From: Marsupella aquatica
Lineage: Eukaryota; Plantae; Marchantiophyta
Length of the DNA: 64,000 nucleotides
Reading direction: 5' to 3'
NCBI GenBank assembly: GCA_973895155.1
Contig: OZ316899.1
Coordinates: forward strand, 15,899,974 to 15,963,973
Below the pieces are notes generated by a model, which saw only the letters and a program-made list of their open reading frames with translations, made no database searches and was not told the DNA's origin. Every line of letters starts with the position of its first letter. Positions within the stretch are counted from its first letter, which is position 1. The translations under genes and the position numbers were made by a program. Of this stretch, positions 61,150 to 64,000 are shown in pieces.

Positions 61150-64000
61150 AGTCAAAATTGGTTGGCTACAAAGAGTCAACTCCTCAACCTCAAGTTTGAA
61201 AACATTTATGTACACCTAGTATAGATGTTTACAAGGCATGCACGACTTGCCACGCGAATGTCGTTGGAAGAAGTCCTCACAAGAGCAAGCAGGGAAGATA
61301 CAGATTTGCACAAAGTACGTGCTTGGTGATCGAAGGTTCTCATGGGTTCGAATTCAAAATTGCTTTCCAAAAGCATTTCGAGTCGGAACATTCCATTCCC
61401 CACCCAAACTCATCTCTTCTTGTTGTGCAGACTCCATTCGTTTAGTGTGACCCATAGTGAGGTTAGACCAAGGTCTTGAGTTCCTCCCATTCCGACTACC
61501 CAACCGGACATTTGGCTCCAAAAACCTTATTGTTTCTGGGAACACGTTCACATTTATCCTGAGGTCAAATGAAGATGGCGCAGATCGACTCGATCCTGTT
61601 GTTTGGGCTAAGACAAGTCCTTGCTCTTCAAGGAACGTGATTTCATAAGGAGATAGGCTTGAACCCTTCAGAACAGGCAAAATTTCAGGAAGAGGAGGAA
61701 GTTGATGAACACCACGACCCGGACGACTCTTATAACAGGTTTGGTTTGGGCAGAACCAAATCATTTTGGAGATGGGTTTGCCCCTGAAGAGACGATGGCC
61801 CTTCACGACAATTCCAGCAACACCGTCAGACAAATGGAAGCCAACCTTCTTGATACGATTTTGACACTCATCGCAATCAGAACTCCCATTGAGTGTCCCA
61901 CTACACTGGGGACCTGCTCCATACTTGGACGTCCATCGCAACTGCCACTGCCCCAGAGGGACATCCTTCTCTAGCACAATCGTGCATGGAAGTGGATTCT
62001 AAAGTGAGGCTGGTGCACTGAGCGGAGGTTTTGTGGATCTTGTTGTACGGGTTGTTTGAGGGGTATTGTCCAATGAATCAGTATCACCATTTGATGTGTC
62101 CAAACCAGAGAGATTCACCACTCTTGTCATAGGATCATTAGAATTAGAGGGAATGGAGGCAATGTCAGTTCTGTTTAGGTTTTTCCTTTTCAAACCATGA
62201 GTATTTGGTGTGGTTATGAGAACGGTGTCATGCCGATGGGAGTCTTGTGGAGAGATAGTCCCAGTTGCATGTCCCTTTCTCTTCATTGACTTGGTCACAA
62301 TATCTCCGTTAAGGGGAGTACTTCTTTCCAAATCGAAGTCCGTCGCGTTGGAAAAAAGCATGTTGGTCGCATCTTCAAATAACCTCGGTGAACCTGCTTG
62401 ATCGGCGGAACGGAATGCCAATTCCCATATAGTCGGCCCCTTTCCTCTGTTCAACCCTTTCCGATATGCACTGTATCCCGCAACTTGAGACAGGGCTCGG
62501 TTTTGGTCAACTTTGCATGCTTCAAAAAGACCAAATTTTTTCTTTGTAGCCCAGGCTTTCATAGACGCATGCCTTGATTCTGACCCTGTACAGTTGGGAA
62601 TCAAGGCACTTTCTTCTGCGCTTTTGCTCTGCCATAGTTTGAATGCAATAATCAGTACTAGCATTGTATAACTAGCGCCCGGTGCTGGCACCGACAAGTA
62701 TGTATAACAGACGTGAAATACAATTGCAATTATGATTTTGGAACTTTATGGACATGTTGGACTCAATGTATTGTATTCCTGGTTTTTACGTGTAAGATAC
62801 AAGCAAATCATACCAGCGCCTGGCGCTTATATAAAGTTGATGGAAATGAAAGACAAGAGAGGAGATGGATGTCATACCACTCGAATAAAATTGCCCCACT
62901 GGCGCCATCGAACAACCCACCAGGATATCTAGCTTTGTAGCATCATGAGCTTTCTAGGGACACAGTTTCTTGATTGCCACCAAACCACAATCTCTCGGGA
63001 CACGCAATACGCTACCACAAACGTTGGAGCGTTTCTTAGTTTCTCCCAAAGTCTTTGATGTTCCGATTGACATTCTTTGAGTACTCCTTCCTTGGAATGT
63101 CGATGGAAAGATTGATAAAACTGAAATGCATCAGAGCGCTCCCTCTCCGGGTCTGGGTGTCCACCAAAAAAAACATTCCGCACAACATTCCATCCAGCTT
63201 GTGCATTGTCCGCCATAAACCATTGGATGACAACCTCCTGTAATCCATTCTCCTTGCAAACCTCAATCATAACTCTCCAAGCCTTTTCAAAAGACTCAGT
63301 ATCTTCACCTTTCAACTCGCATGTGAAAATTGTACAAAGTGCATGGAAGTTATGGTCGTAGACATGCACGCTAAAAGCAATTAAACCAATCGGTTGTGAT
63401 ACGTTGCATCACATCGAAACTGACCCACGCTCCTTTGAGTCTTCCACCAGGTTGCATCTGTCTCAAAAGATCCACACCGGAACCGTGACCCTACGTGGTC
63501 GTTTTAAATATGCGAGGCCTGTCATCTTGACATCCTTGACCCGGGAGCAAATACCTATGGAGAAACGACAGGTTAATCCTCTTATGCATTTGCGAGAGAA
63601 AATCTAGTTCACCCCGACCCTTTTGGTCTATCCTAATGCTCCGACAAAGAGATGCAAACTTCTGGGGAGTGGAAAGTACCATCAGAGACTTCCATATTTC
63701 AGTTTCTTCCATATCGACCATGTCATCAACATGTTCGTAGAGAGCTTTCACTATGGACCCTGTAGCAGAATTCAAGATCCCAACAGGTTTTGCCAAAGGA
63801 TTGGCTTCATGATTTTTTTAAATTAAATCCTCAGCCATCTTCTTCGCACTCCTACAGAAGGTTTTTCTACCTAGATGGTTATGCTCACCTATATGAATCA
63901 CCAGGCGGGAGATATGACTACATGTTTTCGCATCAAGTAATACTTGCAGGTACATATGGAACAAACGGGCAGGGCAGTACTTGACACAAAAGGAATTTGA
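61150..64000 (-). pseudogene. Second, degraded MULE transposase homologous to 40391-44337
   Basis: RPRIFK, HVYDH...LCTIFTCEL, FMADNAQAGWN, RSDAF, GSESRHASM, RGKGPT, DSHRHD, WFCPN, PCKHLY. Intron at the equivalent position; many disruptions. Confidence 0.88.

Overview
Eukaryotic DNA with GT-AG introns, probably from a non-seed land plant (inference), made almost entirely of nested transposons. No intact host gene is present. Main contents: (1) Ty3/gypsy families whose unusually long (4-4.7 kb) LTR-like units each contain a large protein-coding ORF, including a TSD-flanked solo unit with an intact 1121-aa ORF. (2) A chromodomain gypsy remnant followed by a hairpin LTR-like unit with AG..CT ends. 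(3) A 17.6-kb Mutator-like element (27504-45128, 8-bp TSD). It encodes a GCM/DDE/SWIM transposase, a Ulp1 SUMO protease and a spliced ParB-like + beta-class DNA-methyltransferase-fold protein, and carries roughly 80 copies of the palindrome TCTCGGAGAG(C/G)CTCTCCGAGA in subterminal regions, introns and intergenic spacers. This is the best candidate for a novel system (parS/ParB-like, possibly anti-silencing). (4) A young non-autonomous copia-type element that captured an STR/STR2-like ABCG exon. (5) A Pack-CACTA carrying organellar Hsp90 exons. (6) A second, degraded Mutator-like element with a different palindrome. All domain calls are by eye from motifs; no searches were run.
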